A stretch of 62,602 bases of DNA, counting the filler, from Choristocarpus tenellus KU-1152 (lineage: Eukaryota; Protista; Phaeophyceae), in NCBI GenBank assembly GCA_964200185.2. It is 9 parts of 9 records of this genome, joined end to end, with 100 filler letters (N's around TTAATTAATTAA, not from the genome) between each part and the next. Parts side by side here need not be neighbours in the genome. Positions count along the whole stretch, not along the records: positions 38,674 to 42,431 come from CAXNAD020018108.1; positions 42,532 to 49,090 come from CAXNAD020007868.1; positions 49,191 to 52,716 come from CAXNAD020019451.1; positions 52,817 to 59,272 come from CAXNAD020008109.1; 5 more parts are not named here. One strand, written 5' to 3'. The position numbers were made by a program, and so were the translations under genes. The number at the start of each line of letters is the position of its first letter. Within the stretch, counting starts at the first letter, position 1. Of the stretch, positions 39,671 through 53,666 are shown in pieces. The notes below the pieces were generated by a model. That model made no database searches, was not told the origin of the DNA, and was given only the letters and a program-made list of their open reading frames with translations.

Positions 39671-41659
39671 TGCTCTATTAGGATAGCCATGGAGTACGTT
39701 GAAGTAGTTGGTGTTCAAGGCATGAAAAGGAAAGGGAGCACAGATTTTTGGTGCATATTCTGCTCATGGCTGAAACTAAATGCTTTGTATCCATGCATAG
39801 TACTGCTTGATGAAGGCCTTCCAGGTCTTGTTGTGCATTGATGTTTGGGTCGCTGAAGAATTCAACCATTGAAGTGCTTAGTGGACATGCAGGCCTAGGA
39901 AGCCAGTTTCGATTCCTACTAAAGACTTCCCTTAGGCAATAGTGATAGGCAGTATTGATGATAACTTACCTTACACAATCTGGTACTTGTGCTACTGGTA
40001 GTGTTTTTTTTTTTAATTTAGAAGGTATCTTATGCTCTGTCATAACAAGAACATTCATGATGTCTTTCTTGGGTTGTGAGACTTTTTCAATAATAAAAAA
40101 TGAAAACTTACCGAGCGGAGTGAAGCTCTTAAAAATCGGACCAGGGCAGTCCTTTTTGGGTGATATGTGGATACCTTCCTTTTTTTTTCTCTCTCTTTTT
40201 TGGTTCAATATAGTGGGGACTGTCCCCATCTGTGCTCAAAGGCACTGCACACTGCACTACTTCTGATAGTACTGTTATAATACCTACAGCAAATGGCTCT
40301 TCTATTACGACCAATTGCACTGGCTCAGTTCATGCCTTACTTTTCTTGCATGTTGGGTTCAGTCACCCCACTCCTTATCGCCCCACCCTCCTTTAGTCTC
40401 ATGCTTGACTAGCCTTTGTGTTGTTGGTGTCGGTTCATGCCTTACTTCTCTTGCATGATGAATTTAATCATCCCACTCCTTCTCCTTCCTTGAGGCCCAT
40501 GCTTGACCGTCCTTGGTGTCGCTCTGTAATGAAGGCTCGTTACCTTGTTCTTGCTCCGGTGTTTTAGTGGTAGCATGATGACGGATAGGATAGTATGGGT
40601 GTACAATCTGTAGTGCTTGCGGAGTGGAGTTAACATAGTCCAACGCAGAGTTCCATGAAAAAACGTCTGACAATGACAGGGTTCGAACCTTCGGATTTCA
40701 TGTAGGTAACACACTATCCATAACTACTGATGTTTATCGACCACGTTGATATATGGGAGAATAGAGGTAGGTCGTGAAACATTTTTCTCCACATTGCATA
40801 ATTTGACTAGTTCGAATCTCTTCGAAGAATATTTGTTTTAGAGGAACAATATGATTTCTGCTCATTTTTACATTTCGTCGGTTCAAATCCCATGAACGCC
40901 CTTGTAAAGCTGTGGTCCATTTCATTTTTTTCTTTATGATACTCCGGAGTATGTGTCTTCTAGTGAATAATGTTTTATCGTTGTTTTGTGTGTGGACACT
41001 GCCAGATCATTTAATACGAAGCGGTTCCTAGCCTAGAACGGCATCCCAGTACTATAACAGGTTTGTCACTACCCTAGTATATATTCCCTGGCATGATTTT
41101 GTGTGAAACAAATATCATACTTGTTTTTTTCTGCTCGCTAGTTCCGTTATTATTGTATTATTATTATTGTTACATATGATCATTTTGTTAGGGTTAGTTT
41201 CCATCATACTATTACCATATTACTGTATCATTATTTCTGGTGAAGCATTTGAGAAATTTTCTCAAGGAAGGCATTCCTTGAGATGAGAAACCTGGTTGTA
41301 CTATTAATAGTACAGTAGTGGGGTGTTCAAGCTCATTGTGACAATTGTAGGTACAGTACCTTTGCAGTACTGCATACCACTACAACTCCTTGTATCATAC
41401 TTTGAAAGAAAGTTGACTGTACCTACAATAGTTAACAGTAACAAAGACTGACATTTGAAGGTACACTACGATACTCACTACAATACCTTGCAGATACCCT
41501 TAGTGAATATTTTATTATAGAAAAGAATTACCCACATCCGGCGACAAATGCATATTCTCCTCCTGTATTTATTTTTTGAATGTCTTGTTATTTTACTTTT
41601 TTTGAATATCTTATTATTTTATTCTTTTGTATTTCTGTATACTTTTTTTTTCTCAACAG

Positions 41660-41770
41660 CAAGTTTACGCCTCGCTGGCTGGCCTCCCAGTCCTCAATGC
41701 CATTGCGCCCACAGTGGAAAGTGTAGCTGAGTCACTGGTGTCCATGGCACCCCTAATGCCCAGCACAGAG
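41660..41770 (+). CDS. Isolated internal exon of an unidentified gene (QVYASLAGLPVLNAIAPTVESVAESLVSMAPLMPSTE)
   Basis: GC-rich 111-nt open segment after a long polypyrimidine tract ending caacag, followed by GAG|gtattg. Confidence 0.6.
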
Positions 41771-42738
41771 GTATTGTCCTGTTTTTGAGACTGTATTTCC
41801 CTTTGGGATTTGGATTAGGGTTGGGGTTGGGGTTGGGGTTAGGGTTAGGCCTTCCTTTTGCCTGCTATGATGGAGGTGGGACTATTTTCGGCATCACATT
41901 GGTTTTGTTGTTGTGTTTGTTTCATAATTGTGTATGTATGTCAGTATGAAGCTTGGAGGTGTTTTGGGTCTAATCTCTTTGGCAAGTGAGGTATTTGCAT
42001 GGTTTTGTAAGTGCTTCTATTTAATTTTTCTATTTTGCAATTATTCCAGTCTTAAAGTATGCTGTCAATCCAGCCAATTTGTTGCTGTACTCTTTGAACG
42101 TTTTTTATTTTTACTTCTATGACAGTATTGTACCGTGAAATTGTATAGAGACAATTTCTTACACCATTTTATTGTTCAAAATCAATATGACTACATTCTA
42201 CTCTGTACTTCTTTTGCTTTTTTTCTCTCAAATTCTGAAGATTTTTTTTTTTGAGTTATTATTTTTTTCTCTAATACCATTTTTTAGTATAAATGATACT
42301 GAGAAAGAATAGATACATCACATACCCTTTCATTAGTTGTTTTACTCTAGTGTGCTTCGCTGGTGAGTGTTCTCCATCTACCCCCCACCCCCACCCCCCC
42401 TCCCCCTCCCCCCAACTTTCTCCGGGCATGCNNNNNNNNNNNNNNNNNNNNNNNNNNNNNNNNNNNNNNNNNNNNTTAATTAATTAANNNNNNNNNNNNN
42501 NNNNNNNNNNNNNNNNNNNNNNNNNNNNNNNCCAAAAATCGCGACATGGAGAAAATTGGCCCCAAATGGACAGCCGTCCCCCCCCCCCCCCAGACACTTT
42601 TACCCTGCCATCCATGAGATCGAGGTGGAAACTTTGAGGCAGGTCAGCTCAAGATTCAAGGGAAGAGACCAAGCGATGAGCGGCGGGAGTGCTGAACTTA
42701 AGTCGTGAGAAGCAAGGTAGGACCGTAGGTGCTACAAT

Positions 42739-42996
42739 GAGTAAAAGTAAACGAGAGGTACCCAGTTTTCGACGGTTTTGCATTTAAAGCCAGCTTTTCG
42801 ATCTTTTGCAGTTCACCCATATTTCTATGGATAGAGTGCTAAGTTTGACATTTTTCTCTATTGTTCAAAACATTTTCGACTTTGGAAAGTATCCTAAAAA
42901 CGTTTTAAAAAATAGTCTAAGTTTGCACATACTCCTCGGAGTACTTGCCAATATCCTCAAGGTGCAACTCTGGGTACCTCTTGCTTGCTTCTACTT
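42739..42996 (+). mobile_element. MITE family B, TSD AAT
   Basis: Degenerate TIRs, AAT at 42736-42738 and 42997-42999. Confidence 0.8.
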
Positions 42997-45547
42997 AATT
43001 ATTGGTTGTGCAACAGATAGTATGACAAGTAGTACAACGTGTATGTTGCCTCTGACTAGGGGTTGGGATATCCCTAAACTAGTGTGACGATAAAATATTG
43101 TAATCCCAACTATTGCTGCTAGTTCGTTGTGCCTAAGATTCTAAGGTTCTCTTGGCTCCCGGTCTACGTTACATTAATGAGTTTTCTCTTTGCTTTTTGT
43201 TTGTACATACACACAATGTTCAATTTACAGCATTCTGAAATTTCTCAAGCATGGTGACATTGCTTTTTCTTTGACTAAATGTTAGCCCTCAGACTATATC
43301 GAATAATACAAATATATCAATCTTGGATGATACGTGATTGTGGGTGGATGCCCCTCCTTGCACCTGTGGCCGTTGATGCTGGAGCTGGCGTCTTTTCTTT
43401 GGATATTTATTGGCTGGACTCTTTATTTTGCTTGCCATATTTGAGTGTTTTGGTTGCATTTCTTTCTTTTACAGCTCATCAAGCGCATCCACGTATCCTT
43501 TGGATTCGCCTATTTTCATTCTCATTCTACACGAATTCTATTTCTATGTTCTTTCTACATCTCTGTATTTCGTCAGTTACATCCCCCTTTTATTTCTTAG
43601 GTATTCTTTCCACGTTCCCTTTCTGACGACAGGTCGTAACATCGTTGTATGGATCGAACTAATATGTGTCGATTTACCAATCATAGCAGATACTACATAA
43701 TTGTATTTCTTCATTTAATGTAAAACTGAAGAAAGGACGTGTATATAGGTATGAATATTATAAACAACAAAACGACAGAATTCAAATATATATATATTTG
43801 TAACACTGTCGTAGTACAAACTACACACATTCAGCACTTTGAGTGCAGCATGCTACGTTCTGAACGTGTAAGCAAAATATGCGAGTAATAGCTGCAAGAG
43901 GTTTAAGCACATTGGACGTTGTTCTTGTGCGTAGTTGTCTTCCTTCCGTCCCCTCTGTATACAGCCACAAGTTGCCGAGACTTCGAAGTCAATTCTACTC
44001 CCTACCAAACTATCAATACATAATTCAACCTATTTTTGCTGGCAATTTAGGGCACAGCTCAGTGTTGCCAAGGGATTGGAGGTTGGCACATGAGAAGATT
44101 GCAATTTTCTTTCTCTCAGGTATACATACATGGATGAGAAATCCTGTGTGAGCTTCCAGCAACTGTAAGTGGGAAAACACTTGATTTGCATGGTATCATC
44201 CTGCCAAAAATGCAGAGAAGAAACTAACACTGTCAGCAAAGTGATTAAACATGTGGCAGTGAGATGGTTACCATCCCTCTGTAACAATAGTGACACCTCT
44301 TTCAAGTCATTATACATCAGCACCAATTCGAGTCAGATTGGCTTGATTTTTGAGCAATTATATGTGTGTGAATATATTTATTACTTTTGACATATGCTTG
44401 GAAGGCCAAGGTGTATGCAGCATATAAAGAAACTAGTCGCCTCAAATCAGTAACACCAAGAGCAGATGTTATAACTAGCAGAATATTGTTACATACATGC
44501 ATATGTTATCATTAGGGCGATTACATCCATCCGTGTCAGACTTACATGCACCACACAGTGCTTCAGGGTGTCCACTAATGATGTTTCTGAAAAGACTTGG
44601 TACACTGACAACAAAAATAGTTTTAAACAAAGATTCATCAAAAGTCGCAAATGAATATACATCTCAGCAACTTGCCAATAACTATACATGAACTATTTTT
44701 AAATGTCTTCACAGAAAGCACAAATAAAACTTACTCAGCACAATGCGAAACTGTCCTAAGCAATCACCTGTAGCACCTTTTAACAGTAGTAACTGGAATA
44801 CGTGCAACTCCATCTCAATAAGCAGAGAACATACAAAGAAATACCGTGACATATCCACTGCTTGAAGAAGTCAGATATACTAAGAAAAAAAGTGCAATGT
44901 TTGGAGACACGAAAGTTTGTGTGATCTACACAGACAGTACATCGCTCCTAAATTAGAACAAGAAATCCCATTGTAGACACACACATATCAACTCAACATG
45001 TAGTTCAATGCCATAATCTCACTCTTGTGCGTATGTTTGGGGCATTACTTCCTTCAACATCCCTGTCCATACCTCTTTCCATACACATCCCTCCCCAGGT
45101 CATTACGGACACAAAATCGAAACATATATATGTGAGGCACCACCAAAAATCATGGAGTTGTCCCTGCACTCTCATGAATGAGGAAGGAATGAATATGAAT
45201 CAACAGATTTCTACTCATGAAAGGAGTCACACTTCATTATTTACTACATTATCACTTTGCCCCTGCCTTTGCTAGAATCCCTGCTCTACCACCCCTCACT
45301 CTACAGATTTTAACAAGCCATTCAGAACACGTCCTCTACAAGACCATGAAACAACCACACTGTAACTCCAATGTTCTTCTTGCCTTCCATACAGCAAGAA
45401 ATCACAGCTCCTTGCACCTACTGAAAGTTATACCCTTCCGCTAGGCATGTGGCAAACTCTAAATCTAGACCTGGTATGTGGTTTAAGGTAGGTCTTTCTC
45501 TGTGATCCACCTTTCTTTGCACCTAGGAACATCCCACCCCATCTCCA

Positions 45548-48500
45548 TCAGACCAAACTTGGGCCGATCACACTCCACTGTGCCCTGTGCTCAGGGTCCT
45601 GAGAGTCAACAGTACCCTCCTCACCCTCATGGGTGTAAGCAATACCAGGCACGTGTGTTGTCTCCTCATCTTGATCCTTGGCAAAGCTCACAAATATCGT
45701 CTCGAGTGTAGCCTGGCTAATACTGTAGTCCCATACCTAGGGTAGGTGTGATGGGCACATTCAATAGGTGGAAGGACGGAGTTTTGGAAAGGGCTTGCAC
45801 TTGCAACTGCATTATGGGGCATTGTATGTCAATTACATGCTGGAGCTTCTGCACATAGTCCAAGAGAGTGAATATGCGACTACCAAGGGGATCTAATTGT
45901 CATCTCTTTGAATCACACTGCAGAACCCAAAATATTGCATCACCCCTACCCTAGTGACCACAATGTTGATGCTTGCACAGGAAACCAACCTAGAGCCTAA
46001 TTTGAATATCTTGAACATTTGAAGCTACTACTATCCCAGAACAATCACAATCAACAACAGCACCACCCTACCTGCAGTTCTTCTCTCCTGGACTCAATAG
46101 CTTCAAAGGCATGTGCAAGGCTAAGTCCCTTGGTTTCCTCTCCCCTACGCCTCTCGTTCAAGCAAGTCTTGTGTTCACACCCTCCATCATCGCAGCCCTG
46201 TACCCTTTCTGAGCTGCTGCCTCCCCCCCTTTCTTGTGATATGGCACTACAAGCAGGTACACTGAACTTGATCAGTGTCTGGTGCTGCTCTTCAAGCCTT
46301 GCCAATGGGGACAGACTGGTCACAAGTTGAGTGACCTGTTCCATTGAACTGGATGGGCAGCGCACCTGGTGGATTGTCGGTCATAAAAAACGTGGAGTAC
46401 ATAGTGCACAAGCATTTACATATATTTTGACTGAGCAATGGTGGCAACACTTTAATGGTCATTTAGGGGCACATGCTCAGATTTGGACTTTCAAGGGTGC
46501 CCACGTGCGCATGCCATTCAACAGTCTCAATCCAAGCTAGCTTGGGTACTAAAGGCAACATAATTTTCCTTGACACCTCTATGGTGTAGCCTCCTCCAAA
46601 ACGGCTTTTGAGGTGCTGGCAGGTGCCAAGGCAGCGGAGGCGACCACCAACCATGATCCCCACACGATCACAGAGGGCCTCACACTCCTCCATGCTGTGG
46701 GTGGTCAGCACCACACTACGGGTGGCAGCCAGGGAAGATATCACCTCCCACATAGACCTGCCAGTGGATAAAAAGAGAGATCACGAATAAAACGGATGAT
46801 GCTGTGAAATTTGCCGCCACCATTACACATTCTGTCGAACATTAAAGTGCTACTCCATAGAGCTACTCTGCTTGAAAGTCCTGGTATCATACTCCTTACA
46901 ATTTATTGTGTAACAGTACTACTTCAAAGTACTGGTATCAAATTTTTGAGTCTTGAATTTAGTATGGGAATAACACAACAAAAAAATGAAACATGACAAG
47001 ACGACCATATTGGGCTTACACAACAACCTGGTTCTCCGACAAAATTCAAATCAAATATTTCAATGCCTACTTCACACCTGCACAATCCTTGGTGACTATC
47101 TATCCCTCTCACAATGCACTATATCTTATTACACCTCATAAATATACCCCTGTACAATTCAATACTGGGCATTCATTTTTGGTTATGTTGTCCGTGAGGT
47201 TGACGACTGCCAATAAGCAGTGAGTTGTGAGTCCTACAAAAAAATTACACACACCAATACACCTTCTTGCGCCAGGGTCCATCCCAGAGCTGGGCTCATC
47301 CAGGAGTAGAACTGGGGGATTTCCAATGAGTGCAACTGCAAGCGACAGCTTTCTCTTGTTCCCCCCACTTAGGGTACCAGATAGACAGCCAGATGAGCCC
47401 TCAAGCCCAACAGCGCCCAAAGCTGATTCCACACTGTCTCTTAGGGATCCTTGCCTGGAAAGAGTGCTGTATGAGGACTTTAATCTAGAGTTGCAGATTG
47501 CTAAAATGAGCGATGGCAAAGGGTTGGGTAGGGGGGAGGGGACTGGGTTAGTTGGCGTGTGTGGAGATGTAGCCTGATGAATCTAAGTGCACAGACCACG
47601 TTACAAATAAGATCGCAACATAGATTTCAAAGGATTTAAAAGTAAAAATATGATTTTTTACTATATTCCGGAGATATTTGTCTTTCTCTCTCTTCAAACA
47701 AACATACTCTACCAACTCAGCACCATTGATTAGGTTCTCCCAGTCAGAGATAGATAAAACGCTCAATGCTCGCTTGATTTCATCTTTTGATTTCAGTGCT
47801 CACGTTCGAATGTATACAGGTAGTGGTTACAAGGAACCCTTTGAGTGGGTCAGTGGGAGCATGTGATCTGTGTCATTTTGACAAGACAAAGATATGGAAC
47901 CCCTGCCTTGTGAACAAGGGCTTCCACATACATTGGGTAGTGACGAAACCCAGATGTGATTTGACATACACATCAGAGCTTCCGAAGTATCAGCATTCTC
48001 TCATACATGTATACAGGTTTTGAAACATTGCTTTTTTGCTTTTGGACGAAACTTCAGAGTATGTGTGCTTCTTTACATTTTATGGAGGGACACTAAGAAC
48101 AGAAGGGTGGTTGAAGCATACACTTCTACTAATCACATGGGCATTCCATTTCCCAATATTACATGTGCTGTGAGAACATACTATATTTGGGAGAGAGGGG
48201 ACTCTTCCACATAAATCTCTGTGATGACACTGCTTGGAAAACTTTTTGGCAGTATACCCGGGAGATAACTATACTGAACACTTTAAGCAACTTCCCGCGG
48301 GTTAAGCAAACTTCAAACGTGGCGTTCATTCTTGCTTTGGTCCCACACCTTTGCTCCTAGAAGTGGAGGCTCTGTCGAGACCCTTGAGGCCACCGAAGAA
48401 TAGGAGAGTCTCTTCTGCAGTCATTAACGGCAAGAGGGGATCTGTCTGAGGGCAGTAGCCTAATAGGCGACACGCGCCGCTTCATAACCAACAGTCAAGT

Positions 48501-49006
48501 GAGCACATCCATAGGAGAGAGAAGAGGGGATTCATGTCAACATTGAGAGGGTAGAGGTTTCGACTGGCCAAGTGCATGCACCCTGTTACCCAAATTCACT
48601 GTAGAGGTTGTTCTAACTAACCGAAAAATTGCCTTGAGTATCATAGCCTAACCTCTCGCTAAACATGTCGTTTACAACCTTGGTACTGAGGTATGATACT
48701 CACATAAAATATCTTTATGGCCGCATGGACTCACAGTAGATAGCAATCAAGCTGGTAATGTTCTATTTGCAACCCGGACACGTCCCTTAATACTGCAAGA
48801 AAATGCAACTTCCAAACTTTCAGCAATGCTAGTACTCAAAACAGGTTGACATTCCTAAAGTTTTTTTTCAGTCAGCTGCGTTGTGTAATGTGGGCAGAGT
48901 TACCGTGATGTGATGGGCTGCCCGTTGATGGTAAGTTCGCCCCTTGTGGGTTGCAGATCCCTGGTGAGAACTTGAAGAGTAGTGGACTTTCCGGCACCAT
49001 TTATAC
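45548..49006 (-). CDS. ABC transporter subfamily A, second NBD and C-terminus; exons 49006-48904, 48479-48349, 47500-47263, 46757-46577, 46365-46072, 45736-45548
   Basis: Walker [16 protein letters not shown]-loop, [10 protein letters not shown] signature, Walker [28 protein letters not shown], and [13 protein letters not shown] tail. Phases join. Confidence 0.95.
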
Positions 49007-50643
49007 CTGACAAGGTATGGTTGGGTTATGGGGGGGAGATTTGGATTGTCGTCCCACATGGAATATACACAGCCTGACATAAGGTAGAGGNNNNNNNNNN
49101 NNNNNNNNNNNNNNNNNNNNNNNNNNNNNNNNNNTTAATTAATTAANNNNNNNNNNNNNNNNNNNNNNNNNNNNNNNNNNNNNNNNNNNNGTATCATTGA
49201 GATCGCTCTTGAGTGATTTTTGAATCTTGAAAGGAGTTAAGTGTCTAATGGTGGGTATTAGGTGGGTAGGGTTATGTGGATGGACTTTTTGTTGGGGGGG
49301 GGGGAGGGGGGTGTATTTGGTGGTGAACGGTGAGAATGTTTGCTCTTCTGCTGTGACATTTTTGCATTTGAAATACCAGTCAATGATTGGTTTTTCTACC
49401 CATAATACATATATATGTATTTAATGTATTAGGTTAATGACTCTTGATGCCTTCTTTCAGAACAGACCAGGAGAGGTTCGGTGACAGAAGCACTCGTATG
49501 AAGGTTGTTTTGTGTATTTACGTTTTTTTATGGAGAATGCAAAAGGTGTGTCAAGATGTATGAGGTGTGGATTTTGTGATGGATCTGGACTTCAGGTAGC
49601 AGTCGTGTGCTTTTTTTAGTCAGGTGTGGTCTACTTTACTACATACTAAAGTTCTGCGGGGTATGAATGGCTAGTTGGATGTGCCGGGTGTTGTAATGAG
49701 ACAGGCAGGTAGGGTTACATTGTGGTTGATGCGAGTGGACAGGCAGGTAGGGTTACATTGTGAGAGACTTTTGTGCCAAGGGAGGCAAAAGAGTAGGGTG
49801 GCCCTCATTTTGTGGCCGTTTTAATTATGCTTGGTATTTGAATGCGCTTCTTTTTTTTCTTTTTGCAATTTTTTTTTAATGTATCTTGCTGAGTGGATTT
49901 TGACTTAGGAATAAATAGCCCCAATACTGTTAACTCATCAAACTTTGCGGGTGTCATTCTTTCTAGTAGTTTTTTTTTTAAGTAGATGTTTTTTGATGTA
50001 TTTGCCTTAAGGGTGAGAACAGGAAGTGATCTCATTTATTTCTCTTTCAAAGAAAGTGCCATCACAATGCAATGAGATTTGTCGAAGTATGGAATACCTA
50101 TATCTATATTTTTGAAGTTTAAAATAGAGCTCGATTTCTGTGCTGGGCTGTTGGTTTTCCCAATAAATGGCATGATGGTATGATTACTGCTGATTGCATA
50201 AGCTGTGTATGCTCAACCTATTAAACCTTCTTTGGTTTTTCTTCCAAGTCTTACGGTAGTAGTGCCTACTCCTCAATCTGTCTGGTCCATATTCCATGAG
50301 TGGTGGGTTCTGTCTGTGCTTGAATGTGAGTTAGTTTGGATATATTCATATTGGTATTCATTCCAAGGATATATATATATATATATATGGTAGGCTAGGA
50401 GTCATATATTGAGAGGGTTCTGTTTGGCAAGACCTTGTGTAGACTGTTGTGTTTGTGTGGGAGAGAAATGAAGCAAACTGTATCATATTTATCATGAAGT
50501 GCACAAAAATATGTTATGGAATTATATTTCCATTTTGTATTCATATTTATTGACATGTATTTCCTTACACTCAAAAAAGTTATACAAGTTGATACATGAT
50601 GTCCCCCCCCCCCTCTCTCTCTCTCTCTTTTTCTTCTTTTTAG

Positions 50644-51801
50644 GTCCTGTACGCCACTTTTGCAAGTCCCTGGGCAGAATCACCGGCACCGCGAGAACCT
50701 CAGTTCCAGCTCCCATCTTGCTATTTCTTGCAGCCACCATCACTGAAGGGACAACATTTCAGTAACTTCCAGCTAGAGACACTCTTTTATGTCTTCTATG
50801 CAATGCCACAAGATCTCCTGCAGGTGAGGAATTTCATTTTTTTTTTGTAATGGTTGCAGTTACTGTTTTGTGATTTAAAAAAAAAAAAAAGGTTTTGGCC
50901 CTGGGATGCGCAGATACCGGAGATTTTGTGTTGGTTGTGATTTGATCTCCTGGTACCTTGTGCATGTAGCTGGAGGCGTTGGGGTTATATATATTTTTTG
51001 GATGTTACTTTTTAGTATTGGAGTGGGTTTTAATTTTTTTATATAGTATTTTAATAACCTTGCCATGTGATGATACGTATCTGATCGGTGAAGCTGATTG
51101 TGTTGTCTGTGGAGGTGTAAATCGTAAGAGTTTGTGAAAAAAGATAATATACTTGGTTGTATCTCTGGAGTGGGCAAAGAGGACTGCGTCAGATGTGCAA
51201 CATGGTGGTGAGAAAGAATGTGAATGCCGTGGGAAAGCTTTTGAAGGACCAAAAAGACGTTGTAGAGATTGCTTGTAGGTAAAGACCAAAAAGGCGTTGT
51301 TTATCTTTAGTGCTACGCTGTTGTAGATAAAGAATATTTGTTAGAAAAAATGGACTCTGATGGGACCTGAGAGTCAATGCTGACCCTATTCCTTGTCCCC
51401 CAGAGGCTCGCTCTGGGGTTAACTGTTACTTCTTTTTTTTCTTGATAGATTGACCTTGTGCATGGCATGTGCGCCCCGCTCCCCCGTGAAACTGTAATCA
51501 GGCGTATGCAGCACAGGAGCTCTACAACAGGGAATGGCGTTTCCATGCAGACCTCAAGCTGTGGTTCAAGCGGGCGACACCTGGGGATGGAACGATCCCT
51601 GCTGGTGTGCAGTATGTGTACTTTGATCATAATACCTGGGAACGGCAGTTCTTTGTGGGCAACATTCAGGTAAATGTGAGGGTTGTGTTTTCTTTTTTTT
51701 TTGGAGGGGGGAGGGGGGAGGGGGGGGGGGGGGGGGGGGTGGGTTTTTTCTTGTTTTCTGAAATACCAGGGGCGTTATTTTTTTTTTGGTAGGGGTTTTT
51801 T

Positions 51802-51847
<46 letters not shown>

Positions 51848-52092
51848 GAGGATAGGTCTCTTCGTTGTGTCTGAAATCACAGGAGTCGTATTTTTATTTG
51901 AGTGAGAGTTTTTTTTTATTCAGTGTGTCCATTAGACTTATATAGTGTGGTATATTGTAGTTGGTATTAGAAGAGGAAGAGGGGGGTACTTGCGTGCTGG
52001 TTGCCATTTTGTAGTGACTACATTTTCATGCCCTATGGTAGAAGTGCTCATATTTTGTATTTTTGTATTTTCTGGGAAAACATTGTTGTTAC

Positions 52093-52132
<40 letters not shown>

Positions 52133-52518
52133 GTTATTATATGAAAATTGAATCTTTCTGGCCTTCCTTTCCTGCGAAGAGCTTTTTCTTATCTCCCAAC
52201 GCCATGAAAATCTGATTGCAGAACAATATGCACCATGGAGGGATGCATGAAAGAATATGAAATTGAAAGTGATCCTGTTGGTTATTAGTGATCTTGTTGC
52301 AGTGGTTGGTTCAAGCAAGGCTCGAGGCTGTATTGATCTAGAACATTTATTATTTTTAACATTTATTATTTTTCCCTCCGTTGAACCCTGCATGTAACCC
52401 TTATTCTGTTCACCCTTGTGGCTTATTTCCTGATCCGTCCCTCTCTTTTTATTTTTGGCTCTTGTGGCTGAAGGTTGGGACTGGGCTCATGAGTGAAGAA
52501 GAGATCATGGTGAAGTAG
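50644..52518 (+). CDS. CNOT2: CCR4-NOT complex subunit NOT2, C-terminal NOT2/3/5 domain; exons 50644-50823, 51502-51669, 52474-52518
   Basis: VLYATFASPW...FQLPSCY...FQLETLFYVFYAMPQDLLQ|AYAAQELYNREWRFH..LKLWF...YVYFDHNTWER. The upstream exons were not located. Confidence 0.92.
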
Positions 52519-52871
52519 ACAGCTACTACATGCAGACATGCTAAGCTCTAGCTGTCATACTCAAGCATTTGCCCTTGGCATGCCAAAGACTAATCTGTCC
52601 CTCTCCACCATGCCAAGCTTGATCAAGGCAATTTCTTTACCTTGCAGTGGAGCAGTGACATAGGGGGGGGGGGGTTGTTTAGCATCTAGCCTGCATGCTC
52701 AGCAATGGGTATGGGGNNNNNNNNNNNNNNNNNNNNNNNNNNNNNNNNNNNNNNNNNNNNTTAATTAATTAANNNNNNNNNNNNNNNNNNNNNNNNNNNN
52801 NNNNNNNNNNNNNNNNTTTTTTTTTTTTTGTTTTTTTTTTTGGAGCAGCCGTTTCTCCGGTTTTTCCCCCC

Positions 52872-52911
<40 letters not shown>

Positions 52912-52916
52912 GGGGG

Positions 52917-53396
52917 GGGGGGGGGCAAAATTCGATGCTGCGAATCTTTTGTTGTAGTTTTTGTTAGGGATAGGGTTAGGGTTAGGGTTAGGGTTAGGGT
53001 TAGGGTTAATCGAATCACATCGTATTTTGTTGTTATGTGCTCCAGCTTACAGCTGATGCTTTGATTGATCTGTCCGAGCGGTGACTCGCTGATTCCTTGC
53101 ATGACATGTTGCTCCGGATATGCAGTGTCTCTGTTGAGGTGTCTCCGTTGAGGTGTGTTCGATATCCATCGCCCTGTTCCAGACTGTTCCAGACACCACA
53201 ACTTTTTTTTTTCTTTTTTCATAACGTAATACGTTTGTGACCTAACACTCCGAAACGCTCTGGAGTATATGGGTCAAAATGTCGTTTTACAAAAAAAACA
53301 AAACAAACAAACAAAAACATGGGGAAGCCGAGTTCCAAATGGACAGACAGACAGGGCAAAACTTGTACCCGTCTAAGATAAGATACTTTCATTTCA
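52917..53396 (-). mobile_element. Degenerate, expanded MITE family A copy containing a (TTAGGG)n tract
   Basis: Family A motifs at 52920-52960 and 53170-53396 (GGGCAAAACTTGTACCC...GATACTTTCA) flank extra sequence. Confidence 0.6.
52963..53008 (+). repeat. Interstitial telomere-like (TTAGGG)n, about 7 units; shorter tracts at 19749-19797, 20527-20553, 37089-37104, 38192-38231, 41815-41849, 53768-53783, 54963-54978
   Basis: Read directly from the sequence. Confidence 0.9.
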
Positions 53397-53666
53397 TCTT
53401 GTGTTGGCATTATTCATCCATTGCCTACAAAGGTGTCCATTGCCTACAAAGGTGTCGATATCCAACTCGTGATACTCTCTGCACTGCACTGCTCACAAAG
53501 CTTTTGTGCACAGACCATCCGGCCAATCAAACACTTTCGGGCCACCAGTACTGGAAAATTGATATAAGATAAATAGTGTTTGAAAGAAAAAAAAAAAGAA
53601 TCCCAGGCATGCAAGCGAGGCTCTCATTCATACCCTGCCCGTATAGAGAGCCGGCCTGCCGACTCA

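Noticed and set aside
48528-48565. ETSTLSMLT resembling the ABC Walker A flank
   Set aside because: It lies in an intron and ends in a stop; the true Walker A exon is 48904-49006.
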